DNA of 64,000 bases from a virus, in the IMG/VR virus record IMGVR_UViG_3300014541_000001, positions 9,504-73,503 of that record; one strand, written 5' to 3'. A program made the translations under genes and the position numbers. The notes beneath the pieces were generated by a model that worked only from the letters and a program-made list of their open reading frames with translations, ran no database searches and was not told where the DNA came from. This document shows positions 1 to 10,236 of this stretch, piece by piece (the stretch's first letter is position 1; the number at the start of each line of letters is the position of its first letter).

Positions 1-774
1 TCTGAATGATTTGGTTGATTCATCATTGATTGATTCTTCTGATTGAGTCATAAACCTACTCATAAAAGCATCTTTATCTGATATATCTTTACCTGATTTA
101 TCTCTAAATACAAATCCCTTAGGTGCTACTATTGTAGCTTTTATTCCTAAACTTACAGCAGCTTTAATTCCTGCTTCATCTATACCAGTTTGTCCTCCAC
201 TTCTAACTTCACTAAAAGTTACTCCTTTCTTCTGAAGTTCAGATAATATATCTGTTAGTAAAGAATCATAATATTCTTGACTCTCTCTGAGAGAATAAAT
301 ACCATTACCTGCAACATTAAGCTTGATATCTGTTAGTTTCCCTTTAGATTGTAATTGCTTATATATGTCATCTGCAATAGTATCTGCATTTCCAGATGCT
401 TCATTATATGATGGAAGAGTAGTGTTTACGTACTTATTTCCAGCAGCTTTCTTAGTTAGTTTTTCCCCAGCTGTGTTAAAATTCTCTGCTAAGGCAAGTG
501 TGATATCAGACCATTCAGCATTAGCTCTGGTTCTAGCTGGATACCCAGAATTAGGAAACTCTTGTACTTCTATATTTAATGTAGAAGAAGTTAAACCTCT
601 CTGCTTAGCCCTGAAATCATTCAGTTCTTTAGCTGTGGGAAAAGTATCTATATCCTTGTTGTTCTTCTCCTGCCATAGTGCAATTAAAGCCTTGACAGAA
701 GCAACAGTTTCACCTTGAAGTTTTCTAGCTAGTTCTTCTACCTCTTTGGTAGTGGGAATACATCTTATAGCCAT
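1..774 (-). CDS. hypothetical protein, 5'-truncated by window (possible Rossmann/SLOG-like, motif GGQTGIDEAGIKAA)
   Basis: Manual translation of minus strand: ATG at 772-774 (MAIRCIPTTKEVEELARKLQGE...) stays open to the window start. Confidence 0.4.
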   Translation of the reverse strand, partial: MAIRCIPTTKEVEELARKLQGETVASVKALIALWQEKNNKDIDTFPTAKELNDFRAKQRGLTSSTLNIEVQEFPNSGYPARTRANAEWSDITLALAENFNTAGEKLTKKAAGNKYVNTTLPSYNEASGNADTIADDIYKQLQSKGKLTDIKLNVAGNGIYSLRESQEYYDSLLTDILSELQKKGVTFSEVRSGGQTGIDEAGIKAAVSLGIKATIVAPKGFVFRDKSGKDISDKDAFMSRFMTQSEESINDESTKSFR

Positions 775-925
775 ATTATTTCTTTAATTAAAATTATGTG
801 CAAATATAAGGGTTACTTTGTTAATATGCAAGTTATTAAGGATAAAAGTTCTATTTGGCATATCAATATACTTAAGGGTTAATAAACAAAGGGCATGATA
901 TTATACCATGCCCTTGCTTTATAGA

Positions 926-1558
926 TTAATTAACAATCTCAATCAATTCAGGTGGAATTCCAACTCCTTTACCTTCTGAAATGTCTTTTAGAGTCAGTTT
1001 AACCTTTTTAGGTTTAACCTTATGCACTCTTAACTCATCAATAGTATGACTGCTCATACCACTAGTAGTTACTTCCAAAGCCATTAATTTTTCAAGAAGA
1101 CTATCAGTAACACAGATATATATCTTTTCACCATTACCTTTTTCAATAATAGATATAACATTCTTGTATCTCACTTCTAACCTTTTTCTTGCTCTGTTAC
1201 CTCTATTAGAGAAATCTGCTATTACCTTACTGCCTACTTTGATTTCGTCAGATTGCTCTTGTTGCTCTACTGGTTTCTCAATAGTTTTTCTTGCCACTTC
1301 TTTGGTTACTTCAATCTTTGGTTTAGGGATAGCAATATCAAACTTGTGACCATTATGAATACTACTCCAGAACATAGGTCCTTTTACAGACTTGCCCCAA
1401 GTAAAGCCACCTTCAAAGTATCCAGCATCAGCCTTCTTTTGAAATACTGCCACATTTCTGGGATTACCTTGTCTTTCTTGTTCATCAAGCATAAGCTCAA
1501 CAACATGAGGTGGGTAACCCTCAATAGCTTCAATACAATCTTTTTCTGTTACCATCAC
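926..1558 (-). CDS. hypothetical protein
   Basis: 210-aa ORF co-oriented with neighbours. Confidence 0.45.
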   Translation of the reverse strand: MMVTEKDCIEAIEGYPPHVVELMLDEQERQGNPRNVAVFQKKADAGYFEGGFTWGKSVKGPMFWSSIHNGHKFDIAIPKPKIEVTKEVARKTIEKPVEQQEQSDEIKVGSKVIADFSNRGNRARKRLEVRYKNVISIIEKGNGEKIYICVTDSLLEKLMALEVTTSGMSSHTIDELRVHKVKPKKVKLTLKDISEGKGVGIPPELIEIVN

Positions 1559-2169
1559 TCAACAATATATTTAGTTCCACCAATCTGTAACCACTTTAAT
1601 GTGTTGATATTAACAGGTCTGATGTTATCTTCACCATCAATGTCCATATCAATACAGTTGTATCTTCCATCTCTTGATTCAAATTGAATCTTGAAACCTC
1701 TCAATATCCTATCTTCACCTTCTTCATAAGGAAGAATAGGCTCCTTAATGAGCTCTGTAATCAAAGTCTTAGCCCTATCAGCTACGCTTTTCTTACTGGA
1801 TTTAACCTTGTCAATATCAGTACAGAACTGATTCACCAAGTAATCAATCTCTGCCTGTAAAGCCTTCTTAGTCTTGGGTTTATCTTGCTTCTTGAAACAT
1901 ACTGTGAATACTTGAGGAGTGTGAATACCTTCAAAGATAGACCTAATACCTTTAGTACCATCTCTTTTATCTTCTTTGGTAACTTTGACTTCCTCAACTA
2001 CTTCATCAGCACTCTCAATATAGTTGCTGACATACTCCTTTCCAAGCCTTACCATATCACCACTTTCAAGGTGTTTGGCTTGTACTACACTTCCAGTTAT
2101 GGAGTTTACTACATAATGTGATGTTTCACTAAGCACATCACCTACTTTTAATTGTTTGATTTCTTTCAT
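1555..2169 (-). CDS. hypothetical protein
   Basis: 204-aa ORF; 4-nt overlap with the downstream gene (operon-like). Confidence 0.45.
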   Translation of the reverse strand: MKEIKQLKVGDVLSETSHYVVNSITGSVVQAKHLESGDMVRLGKEYVSNYIESADEVVEEVKVTKEDKRDGTKGIRSIFEGIHTPQVFTVCFKKQDKPKTKKALQAEIDYLVNQFCTDIDKVKSSKKSVADRAKTLITELIKEPILPYEEGEDRILRGFKIQFESRDGRYNCIDMDIDGEDNIRPVNINTLKWLQIGGTKYIVE

Positions 2170-2173
2170 AATG

Positions 2174-2566
2174 TTATTCTATTGGTTTGAATTTATAACC
2201 ATACTGTATGCCAGTCCTATCTGACTCCATTTCTGCCATATCAGGTAGAGCATACTGTTTACACCATTCTTCAGCCCTGAATACTTGCGCCCTTAAGTCA
2301 GGTAACCAGAATGAGCTACCATCAGGATTATTTTGAAGAGACCAGTAGTCAGCAACTCCGACTAAAATAGTGAAGCATATATGCAAGTCATTTACACCTC
2401 TAGGATGTAGCATTATTCCATAACAATCCCCTAGAATATAAGCTCTAGGGAAATTGCTTTGTGTATGACTTACAATATTATTATGTACTACTTCACCTTG
2501 AGGATGTCTATTCAAATCAGTTCCAATAAAATCCTCAAGATGCTTCTGTAAGTTAAAGACTTCCAT
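2174..2566 (-). CDS. hypothetical protein
   Basis: 130-aa ORF. Confidence 0.4.
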   Translation of the reverse strand: MEVFNLQKHLEDFIGTDLNRHPQGEVVHNNIVSHTQSNFPRAYILGDCYGIMLHPRGVNDLHICFTILVGVADYWSLQNNPDGSSFWLPDLRAQVFRAEEWCKQYALPDMAEMESDRTGIQYGYKFKPIE

Positions 2567-2808
2567 TAAATGAACTCTTTAAGTTTACTCATGTAAGTCT
2601 CTGTATTCTTCACAAGCTCACTGGTTTCAGCTATCCTAGTCTCAATAGTTTTGATAGTCTCTCTATCCTTTTCAATATCTTCCAACATTTCTTTTGATAA
2701 AGACTCTACCTCATTATATGCAGAAACAAACATTGATTTTACCTTACCCAATCTGTCAGCAAATGACAGTTTAGGCTCTACTGCTTTTGTTTTCTTACTT
2801 CCAATCAT
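2566..2808 (-). CDS. hypothetical coiled-coil protein
   Basis: 80-aa ORF rich in K/E. Confidence 0.35.
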   Translation of the reverse strand: MIGSKKTKAVEPKLSFADRLGKVKSMFVSAYNEVESLSKEMLEDIEKDRETIKTIETRIAETSELVKNTETYMSKLKEFI

Positions 2809-2888
2809 GTTATTTTAAATTAAATAGTTTAATCACTACAAATATGAGGAACATAATAGTTCCTACTATACCAAGTACTGCACCTAAA

Positions 2889-3854
2889 CTAAATAGCAAC
2901 ATATCCTCTTTTAATGAACTCTTCATGTAAAGGATGAGCTAATGTATAAGCATCAGGATGAGCATGTTGTTTATCATCTCTTAATACAAAGAAATGCTCC
3001 CAATCACTGATAAATGCAGTATGTACTAACTCTGAATTAGTATCCAAAGGCAATATAGTCCTAGCTTGCTGAGGTATCCAACCTAAGCCTATCATCTTAT
3101 GATAAGCCACTTCACAACATTGATTAGCCCATACCCACCAGTCAATAGCATTCCAATTATAAGTCTCTCTTTCATAAAGAGTTCCCCATTTATCATCAGC
3201 TATGATGTCTCTACCTACTAAACTATCTTCCACTTGTTGAACAGTAATCCAATCAGGGAGATTAATACCTACACCTTCAAACTTCTTACCATCAGTATAG
3301 TCACAATATCTTGTGGACTGCTCAGCCATAGAGTTTACCCTATGCCTGTTATACTCTCTGGTAATAGCTATCTGAGTAGTAAAGTGTACTGTGACTCTCT
3401 TAGCATGATGCTCTGTAAGTTCACATAGATACTGTAAATCATCAAGCCAATTCTTATCATAGTTATTAGCTTGAGCTTCATCCCATGTTTCATAATCACC
3501 TTGAAGTAATACCCTGTAATTAGTAGTGATATTATAAGTAGTATATGGAATACCTCTATTACTCAAGTCACTCTTATTCTCATAAACAACTACAGCAGAA
3601 TAACCATTCTTTTCATACTTATAAGTAGTTGGGAATGTATTACTCATAGTATTGTTTAGTTGCAAATAAACAGTACCATGTTCTAACACAGCACCATGAC
3701 CTAACTTAATCATTCTATCTACAAAGGTTTTAGCCTTTCCTTCAATAGGGTCACTAGCATAACAGATTCTACCTGCTTTCTCAATCTGTTTATAGATACC
3801 TTCAAGACCTTCCTCTTGATTCCATATCTCAAATGATGGTTTACACAATCTCAT
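2889..3854 (-). CDS. thyX: flavin-dependent thymidylate synthase ThyX
   Basis: ThyX signature YNRHRVNSMAEQSTRY (RHRx7S...RY) plus ICYAS/VLEHG N-terminal motifs. Confidence 0.85.
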   Translation of the reverse strand: MRLCKPSFEIWNQEEGLEGIYKQIEKAGRICYASDPIEGKAKTFVDRMIKLGHGAVLEHGTVYLQLNNTMSNTFPTTYKYEKNGYSAVVVYENKSDLSNRGIPYTTYNITTNYRVLLQGDYETWDEAQANNYDKNWLDDLQYLCELTEHHAKRVTVHFTTQIAITREYNRHRVNSMAEQSTRYCDYTDGKKFEGVGINLPDWITVQQVEDSLVGRDIIADDKWGTLYERETYNWNAIDWWVWANQCCEVAYHKMIGLGWIPQQARTILPLDTNSELVHTAFISDWEHFFVLRDDKQHAHPDAYTLAHPLHEEFIKRGYVAI

Positions 3855-3855
3855 A

Positions 3856-4113
3856 TTATTCCTCTATTACTTCGAACTCATCCTCTACCCATTGCATATG
3901 CTTAGCTAATTCAGGGAGGGATAATTGCTTTCTAGTCTCTCTTACTAAGTCCTCTTGGGTATACCCTTTAGGCATATTGACCTTAAGACTTATACTAACA
4001 GTAAGACTAGCAAGTACTTCAACCTCTTGATTGAGCTCCTGATTCCACGGAGCATCAGGAGTATCACTTCCAACTGGGTAATCATAATTATTCATAATTC
4101 CATATAAATCCAC
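3856..4113 (-). CDS. hypothetical protein
   Basis: 85-aa ORF. Confidence 0.35.
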   Translation of the reverse strand: MDLYGIMNNYDYPVGSDTPDAPWNQELNQEVEVLASLTVSISLKVNMPKGYTQEDLVRETRKQLSLPELAKHMQWVEDEFEVIEE

Positions 4114-4603
4114 CAGCAGTAGCTCGAACCCCTTTGCAACATCTACTAATATTAGAAGTTGGAATATTAAGTTCTTTTGAAGCTTCTGCTATACTGTTAA
4201 ACACTCTTATTAACTGCCCATTCTTAGAGAATTGCATGACTCTTTTCCCCAATGAATAGGTTAAATTATAACTATTTGTACACCATTCAAGATTACTAAC
4301 ATTATTATTTCGTTTGTTTTCATCTATATGATTAATGTACCTCAATTCATTAGGATTAGGTATGAAGGTCTCTGCTACTAATCTGTGAATACTCTTATCT
4401 TTTGCCTTACCATTCAAGTATAAGCCCACGTGCTCATAACCAGAAGTATCAATCATAGGAGATAGAATACCTCTTTTACAAGTATTATAAGTTCCTATAC
4501 TTTTGACTCTCCCAAAAGTACTAACTTCATATTTTCCCTCAAAACCATTAATAGGTTTCCATATCTCTTCCATAATATTATTGTACAATAACCTCTGGGT
4601 CAT
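4088..4603 (-). CDS. HNH homing endonuclease (NUMOD4 + HNH_3)
   Basis: WKPINGFEGKYEVSTFGRVKS (NUMOD4); HRLVAETFIPNPN...INHIDENKRNNNVSNLEW (HNH); C-terminal CCKG...GGFIW. Confidence 0.8.
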   Translation of the reverse strand: MTQRLLYNNIMEEIWKPINGFEGKYEVSTFGRVKSIGTYNTCKRGILSPMIDTSGYEHVGLYLNGKAKDKSIHRLVAETFIPNPNELRYINHIDENKRNNNVSNLEWCTNSYNLTYSLGKRVMQFSKNGQLIRVFNSIAEASKELNIPTSNISRCCKGVRATAGGFIWNYE

Positions 4604-4850
4604 CTTTAGCCCCTGCTGGTAAATTATCCATCTTCTTTAACTTCTTTATGTCTAATTCCAAGTCATTTTCCTTGATTAGCCTTTTAGCAATAACACTTTC
4701 AAGTTTAGCTGGTATACTTATATGCCTCCCTCTGTTATTAGTATAGATAGCATGGTCCCCACTATGTCTATTATAGTGGAAACCATTAGCTCTTACTATT
4801 CTAACAAACTCTTTATGTTTATACTGCTTCATTTGCTGTATCAATTTCAA
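4578..4850 (-). CDS. HicA-like (YcfA family) toxin-like protein
   Basis: ANGFHYNRHSGDHAIYTNNRGRHISIP matches the HicA core hGFxxxRxxGSHxxY...vtiP. Confidence 0.45.
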   Translation of the reverse strand: MKLIQQMKQYKHKEFVRIVRANGFHYNRHSGDHAIYTNNRGRHISIPAKLESVIAKRLIKENDLELDIKKLKKMDNLPAGAKDDPEVIVQ

Positions 4851-5133
4851 CTACTTGTTCTGCCAATAATCCAGCACATGGAGGTTCTATGATTTCTTCA
4901 ATCCTTGTAACCTTATATAGGTGCTGCATTCCATTAAATACTCCTTGAGCTTTAAGTATTCCCTCTGCTTGTTTAGGATTTCCAGCTTTAACAACTGCGC
5001 ATCCTTTACCAACTCCATGAACAATAAACTCAAGTACCCACAACCTCATAGGTACATTGCTAACAGGACAGACTTCTCTGTCTCTATTAGGTGATGTGTC
5101 TATTGGTCCACAATATATTCCTGTCTGACTCAT
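4819..5133 (-). CDS. hypothetical protein
   Basis: 104-aa ORF upstream of the HicA-like gene. Confidence 0.4.
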   Translation of the reverse strand: MSQTGIYCGPIDTSPNRDREVCPVSNVPMRLWVLEFIVHGVGKGCAVVKAGNPKQAEGILKAQGVFNGMQHLYKVTRIEEIIEPPCAGLLAEQVVEIDTANEAV

Positions 5134-5528
5134 AATGAATTATCACATTTCTTTTGATTGTCCATCCACATTACAGTCATTACACAATAGTTAGCCATAT
5201 CAAGTAATGTATCTCTAATAGATTCATCTTTAACTAAAGCTTCATCACCTTTGGACAACTTCTTGAATCTTAACCACTTATCACCTAACCTAATTCTTGC
5301 AGCAGCAAGACCTTCTTCATTACAAGAACTTTCAAAGGAATTACCATAGTCATGGTTCTTCCTTGCAAAGGTTTCAATCATGCCTTTGACTATTTCCTTA
5401 AAGTCATGTACTGGACTAGCTAATGCTACAATGTTTGCTTCCTCTGCTGCCTTTATCATTTCTTCCATTCCTCTTCCATTGTTTATATGTTTCAAACTTG
5501 ACCATAAAGTCATTTTCCTCTCTCGCAA
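5130..5528 (-). CDS. DUF1599-like (nucleotide-modification-associated domain 1) protein
   Basis: KNHDYGNSFE...GLAAARIRLGDKWLRF resembles the phage DUF1599 core; assignment from memory. Confidence 0.4.
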   Translation of the reverse strand: MRERKMTLWSSLKHINNGRGMEEMIKAAEEANIVALASPVHDFKEIVKGMIETFARKNHDYGNSFESSCNEEGLAAARIRLGDKWLRFKKLSKGDEALVKDESIRDTLLDMANYCVMTVMWMDNQKKCDNSL

Positions 5529-5736
5529 ATAGCTGACCTGACTTGAAGCTCATGTACATAATACCATCAACCCACATCTTACTTGTAGGGTCTTTGATTA
5601 AGCATTTACCTTTGTATAAATACCTATTACCTTTATATACATAAGTTTGATTCTTCTCAATCCTGTCAGCTACAAACCACATAAGAATAAGCCCTACTAT
5701 TAATAAGGTTATTACCATACCTGCTAATATAATCAT
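5416..5736 (-). CDS. small membrane protein (start uncertain, overlaps the previous ORF)
   Basis: N-terminal TM helix MIILAGMVITLLIVGLILMWF. Confidence 0.3.
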   Translation of the reverse strand: MIILAGMVITLLIVGLILMWFVADRIEKNQTYVYKGNRYLYKGKCLIKDPTSKMWVDGIMYMSFKSGQLFAREENDFMVKFETYKQWKRNGRNDKGSRGSKHCSIS

Positions 5737-6317
5737 ATTAATGAATCCAATTTCTTATTCAAATTTCTAACCAGCAATCTTAATTCTTCTAAGGTTGCAT
5801 CATTCTTTAGCCTATTTGCTCTATTACTAATAACCCAAACATTTCCTCTAACATATCCAAGTTCTGGTATGATTTTATCAATAGAAGGAGAATTGTCAGT
5901 TCCTGCTAGTTTGTTACCAACATGCTTAACTAATTTAATATTTAAAAGAGGACAATACTCCGGAATATTTATATCAGATAGAGTTATATCAAAAGGAACT
6001 TCTTGTCTTAGTGCCCTTTGCTTAGCACCTCTTAACAGGTACTTTTTGTAGGATTCCTCATTTGAAGTAATCCTTCTTAAATTAGCACTTTTTTCTCTCT
6101 CAATATATCCATCTTCGAACTTCCTTCTTTGTTCTCTTCTCAGTCTTCTTCTCTCCCTCTGTTCATCAGTATTATGTAATTCATGGTCACACTCCTTACA
6201 AATACTTCTTTTTCCATACATACCATTACCCTTACAATAAGATTCTAGAGGTAACTCTCTTCCACATCTTGGACATGTTTTCGTCTGATTTGGTCCTGCT
6301 ACTTTTTTTATTCTCAT
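5733..6317 (-). CDS. HNH endonuclease with N-terminal Zn-finger
   Basis: CPRCG...CKEC; SIDKIIPELGYVRGNVWVISNRANRLKND HNH_3-type core. Confidence 0.65.
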   Translation of the reverse strand: MRIKKVAGPNQTKTCPRCGRELPLESYCKGNGMYGKRSICKECDHELHNTDEQRERRRLRREQRRKFEDGYIEREKSANLRRITSNEESYKKYLLRGAKQRALRQEVPFDITLSDINIPEYCPLLNIKLVKHVGNKLAGTDNSPSIDKIIPELGYVRGNVWVISNRANRLKNDATLEELRLLVRNLNKKLDSLI

Positions 6318-6403
6318 ATCTTATAAATTTTATACAAAAATATAAAATATAATTATAAATAGCAAGACCCAAATCAAAATATTATGGATTCACTAATAAT
6401 TTT

Positions 6404-8794
6404 TTAATGCACCCAGTACTTGTTTATCTCTGCTTCAGCAGGAATAGGAAGTTTAGTACAAAATACACTTGCTGACTCTTCCATAAAGAACTTAAGTTTA
6501 TCTGCTATTTCAGGCATGGTTTCAGGATACTCAATACAAGCTTCATCATGTACTAAATTGACTATCTTTACTACTCCAAACAGGTTGTTTTCAACAATCC
6601 ATTTAAAGAAGTTAGTCATAGCATACTTTAATATACATATTCCTGTTCCCTGCGTCGGGGAATTGAGGCCTAATCTACCCCATTTACTAACAGCTTTGAA
6701 ATGAAGAGATACTCTTCTCTTCATCCAAGTCTTATGAAATTCATCACCAAGTTCCTCCTTCTTTCTTCTATATTCATCCCAGAAGTCACTGTCAAATTTA
6801 GCACCTTCAATTAACCAATATGAATGGTCACTCCAGTACACCTTATGTCCAGTTAAAGGATTAATAAGAATATATCCATTCTTCTTTACAGACTCTAAAG
6901 CCCTCTTACCAAAGGCAGTTACCCCCGGAAAACCCTTATCATAAGCATCACCAATCTTGTCAGCTTCTTCTATTGGGATACCCAAAGAATCTGCTATTGA
7001 AGAAGAGCCACCACCAAACTGTTTAGCAAACTCTGGTGCTTTGGCTTTCTTTCTTAAATCAGGTCTTTTCTTCTTGATGTCCTTAACTTCAATACCCTTA
7101 AGTTCTTCAGGAAAACATGCCTTGGCTACTAGTGAGTGCATATCACCTGAACCATGAACAAACTCATGAATCATTGACTTCTCATTATAAATGTCAGCCC
7201 CTAATCTTGATTCAAGTGCACTATAGTCACAACTACAGAACATGTTACCTTCTTCACATATAAAACAACTTCTTGTTCTATTGTTACCCGGCAAATTCTG
7301 TATTTGAGGATATGCACACTTTAGTTTATTGTTCTTGGTATTAAGTGGCAGCTTCTTTAACTTAGCCAAGTCAGTGTTAATCTGTTGAGAACCACATGCC
7401 ATTCTACCTGATGATGCTCCAAGCTGCTTGAATACAGTATGTATCCTTCCTGTCTTAGGATTAATAGCATTAAGGTATGATTGTCCATAAGTAGAACATA
7501 CCTTATCAGCTTCCTTATAGTCAAAGTAGACCTTAAGGAAAGCATCATTAATGCCCTTTTGCTTGGATAATACCTTTTCAAGTGCTGAATCAGCTTCCTC
7601 TCCTGTGCTCTTACTAATGACTGTAGTGTTGAACCCCAGTGTCTTAAGAATAGGCACAACTTGTCTTGAACTATCCCAGTTAATCACACATATTGGCTCA
7701 GTATTAAAGCCTGAAAACAAGTCACCTTGCCTGTTTATCATAACATATTTACTAGGGAGTCTCTTCTTAATCTTACATTTGTAAGCCTCAAATTGTGCTC
7801 CACATTCATCTGTTATATCAAGCTCTGGTGCTCTAAGTTCATTCTTAAATGACTTTCTTTCATCTTCTATATCATCTTCCTCTTTGTCAGACAATGATAT
7901 ATAGGCTGTGAAATACTCCTTGCCAGTACATGAGCTAACTATGAAGTCATTAAGTGAACTAAGAAATACCTTCTGAAGCACTTCATCAAATACCATCTTC
8001 TTCTTCCACTTAGCTTCATCAAGTTTAATACCACACCATTCAAGATAGGATATAACAGGAACAAATTCACATTCAAGTCTAGCTCCATTAAGTAAGCCTT
8101 TAGCTCTAAGGACCTCAACCTGTTTGTTCATTATAGCCCCAAGATACATGACATCTCCTGCTGCATACTTGATGACAGAAGTATCAATGCCTCTCCATAT
8201 AATCTCCCCTCTGACTGTCTTGTCAATATCTATTCCTAGATACCTGTAAGCAATAGCCTTTAAGGATGCTCCTGAATGGTTGTATATAAACTCTGCTACA
8301 TCAGGTACATTGTTATACAGTAATGCTTTCTTTGTATCAGGGTCAAGCTTGTCATATCCTTCATAGTTATAGGCAAAGTCACAATATTGGTTTATTGTTT
8401 CATTGTCCATACCTACTAGAAAGAATGGATAACCAAGATAGATTAACTGTTCTACAATCATGGTATCATAACACTGGGTTACAATTATGCCATAATTAAA
8501 TAGGAACTGTAAGTCAAACTTTAGATTCTGACCTATCATAAAGTGAGTCTCAATGTACTCCTTGTAGACCAAAGGAGAAATAGCGGTAACATCTACCACT
8601 ATTTGATTCTCCCCTTCAATATCTCCAAATTGCATCATCAAAACATCATTAATATGTGCATCCCTGCCATTAGTTTCAGTATCAAACTGAAACATATTCC
8701 AAGTAGACAGCATCCTTAATGATTCCTCTACACTTATCTTGGTATAGGCATCATCAGTGAATAGTTCAGATTGACCACTTACAAAATAAATCAT
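6404..8794 (-). CDS. DNA polymerase I family A with 3'-5' exonuclease domain
   Basis: Exo I FDTETNG; motif A DYSALESRL; motif B KAPEFAKQFGGG; motif C VHDEACIE. Confidence 0.9.
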   Translation of the reverse strand: MIYFVSGQSELFTDDAYTKISVEESLRMLSTWNMFQFDTETNGRDAHINDVLMMQFGDIEGENQIVVDVTAISPLVYKEYIETHFMIGQNLKFDLQFLFNYGIIVTQCYDTMIVEQLIYLGYPFFLVGMDNETINQYCDFAYNYEGYDKLDPDTKKALLYNNVPDVAEFIYNHSGASLKAIAYRYLGIDIDKTVRGEIIWRGIDTSVIKYAAGDVMYLGAIMNKQVEVLRAKGLLNGARLECEFVPVISYLEWCGIKLDEAKWKKKMVFDEVLQKVFLSSLNDFIVSSCTGKEYFTAYISLSDKEEDDIEDERKSFKNELRAPELDITDECGAQFEAYKCKIKKRLPSKYVMINRQGDLFSGFNTEPICVINWDSSRQVVPILKTLGFNTTVISKSTGEEADSALEKVLSKQKGINDAFLKVYFDYKEADKVCSTYGQSYLNAINPKTGRIHTVFKQLGASSGRMACGSQQINTDLAKLKKLPLNTKNNKLKCAYPQIQNLPGNNRTRSCFICEEGNMFCSCDYSALESRLGADIYNEKSMIHEFVHGSGDMHSLVAKACFPEELKGIEVKDIKKKRPDLRKKAKAPEFAKQFGGGSSSIADSLGIPIEEADKIGDAYDKGFPGVTAFGKRALESVKKNGYILINPLTGHKVYWSDHSYWLIEGAKFDSDFWDEYRRKKEELGDEFHKTWMKRRVSLHFKAVSKWGRLGLNSPTQGTGICILKYAMTNFFKWIVENNLFGVVKIVNLVHDEACIEYPETMPEIADKLKFFMEESASVFCTKLPIPAEAEINKYWVH

Positions 8795-9100
8795 TTATTC
8801 AAATGTTACACTATAACCCTTCCCCATGATATGAACAATAGACTTGACAACTGCATCAGCTTCTTCAAGTCTTTCACCTTCAACTATCATTGGTCCACCT
8901 GATGGGTCTATGAATTTCCTGCCACCTGTCATGCCAGACCTTATCATTTGGTCACTAGTCTTTAACAAGTAAGTCTTTGATTCTTCTCCATTAGGTTTCT
9001 TCAATAGTTTAAGGGTATTATTCTCACCATACCTTGAGTTAAGTTTGATTAATTCTTTCATACTTCCAAATATATCCTCCACAGGTCTTATTATACCCAT
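8795..9100 (-). CDS. hypothetical protein
   Basis: 101-aa ORF immediately upstream of the polymerase. Confidence 0.4.
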   Translation of the reverse strand: MGIIRPVEDIFGSMKELIKLNSRYGENNTLKLLKKPNGEESKTYLLKTSDQMIRSGMTGGRKFIDPSGGPMIVEGERLEEADAVVKSIVHIMGKGYSVTFE

Positions 9101-9695
9101 TTAAACAAGCTTTTAAAGCAAAGTAGCTAGCTATAGTAGAAGGTATAGAAGGAGTATTATCCCATCTTCTGATAAAATTACCATGTAAGTCATATTGGAT
9201 TACTGCCTTAAGGTTCTTTCTTCTACCTTCAGCTAACTTATTAATCTCATCCTTACTAAGATTTCTTTTACCTTTCATAGATTTACTCCTTTTCTCCCTA
9301 GTTTCTTTAGACTGCTTAATGCCTAGATGGGAATTTCTCATCTTAAGCTTTGATTCTTCTGTAAATTGTTTACCTTTCATATTTCCTCCACCTTCTCCTC
9401 CTGAACTTATATTGTATAAAGGATGATTTGATTTTAGAAACTTCTTTATGAAGAACCTCTCCAAGCTACATAATACAGTATCAATTCTGCTACTACTGAT
9501 ACCTCTAATAGTAAACAAGATAGAATAGTTAAAGGAATCAAGACCATATTTTCTTATAGCCCTATGAAAAGGAATATTACTTCCTTTTATAGCATCAAAT
9601 AAGTGTCTTTGTTTTCTTTTTCTTTCATGTAATGTTTTACCTATATAGCATCTTCCACTTGGAGATTCATAACAATATATAATTCCTGTGAACAT
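9039..9695 (-). CDS. GIY-YIG homing endonuclease
   Basis: GIIYCYESPSGRCYIGKT (GIY..YIG) N-terminus; basic C-terminal region. Confidence 0.75.
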   Translation of the reverse strand: MFTGIIYCYESPSGRCYIGKTLHERKRKQRHLFDAIKGSNIPFHRAIRKYGLDSFNYSILFTIRGISSSRIDTVLCSLERFFIKKFLKSNHPLYNISSGGEGGGNMKGKQFTEESKLKMRNSHLGIKQSKETREKRSKSMKGKRNLSKDEINKLAEGRRKNLKAVIQYDLHGNFIRRWDNTPSIPSTIASYFALKACLNGYNKTCGGYIWKYERINQT

Positions 9696-9698
9696 TTT

Positions 9699-10211
9699 TT
9701 AATCTATTACAGAATAAGCAACTAACTCTTGGAAGTCAATCACATATTTGTACTTCTGAAAGAAGCTATTACCAATAACTCCATGCAGATTTACACCATG
9801 TTCTTCCTTAAGCATACCAAAGGTTGGGCTTAAATCCATAGACTGAAATCTATCTGAATACTCAACCCCCTTATACTTCAACATAATATTAACATAACTG
9901 ACTTCTGACACAGTGCCACCAACTCCATATAATGAACCTGCTCCTTCAAGAGGTTCATGTTGAATACTATCAACAATGGAACTGTCAATAATACATTGGT
10001 CAGCACCAGTATCAAGTAAGAAATTAAGTTTCCTGTCTCCTACTTGAAAGGTAATAATTGGCAGGTCTACTAAGTCCATAGTCTCTCTGAAAGAAATCTT
10101 TCCTGCTGGGTCAATATTCTTTCTATGTCTAGCTTTATCAACAATGTATGCAATAGATGCAATTACTACAACCAGCAACAGTGTCAACAACAGTTTATAA
10201 ATAAACTCCAT
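9699..10211 (-). CDS. membrane-anchored retropepsin-like (clan AA) aspartic protease
   Basis: N-terminal TM helix; FLLDTGADQCIID (DTGA catalytic motif); GVIGNSFF flap-like motif. Confidence 0.6.
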   Translation of the reverse strand: MEFIYKLLLTLLLVVVIASIAYIVDKARHRKNIDPAGKISFRETMDLVDLPIITFQVGDRKLNFLLDTGADQCIIDSSIVDSIQHEPLEGAGSLYGVGGTVSEVSYVNIMLKYKGVEYSDRFQSMDLSPTFGMLKEEHGVNLHGVIGNSFFQKYKYVIDFQELVAYSVID

Positions 10212-10236
10212 GTTTTCAAATTCTTGTTTTTATGGT

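Noticed and set aside
323-718. Plus-strand 131-aa ORF in the six-frame track
   Set aside because: Lies entirely inside the better-supported minus-strand gene 1..774, and is low-complexity antisense translation.
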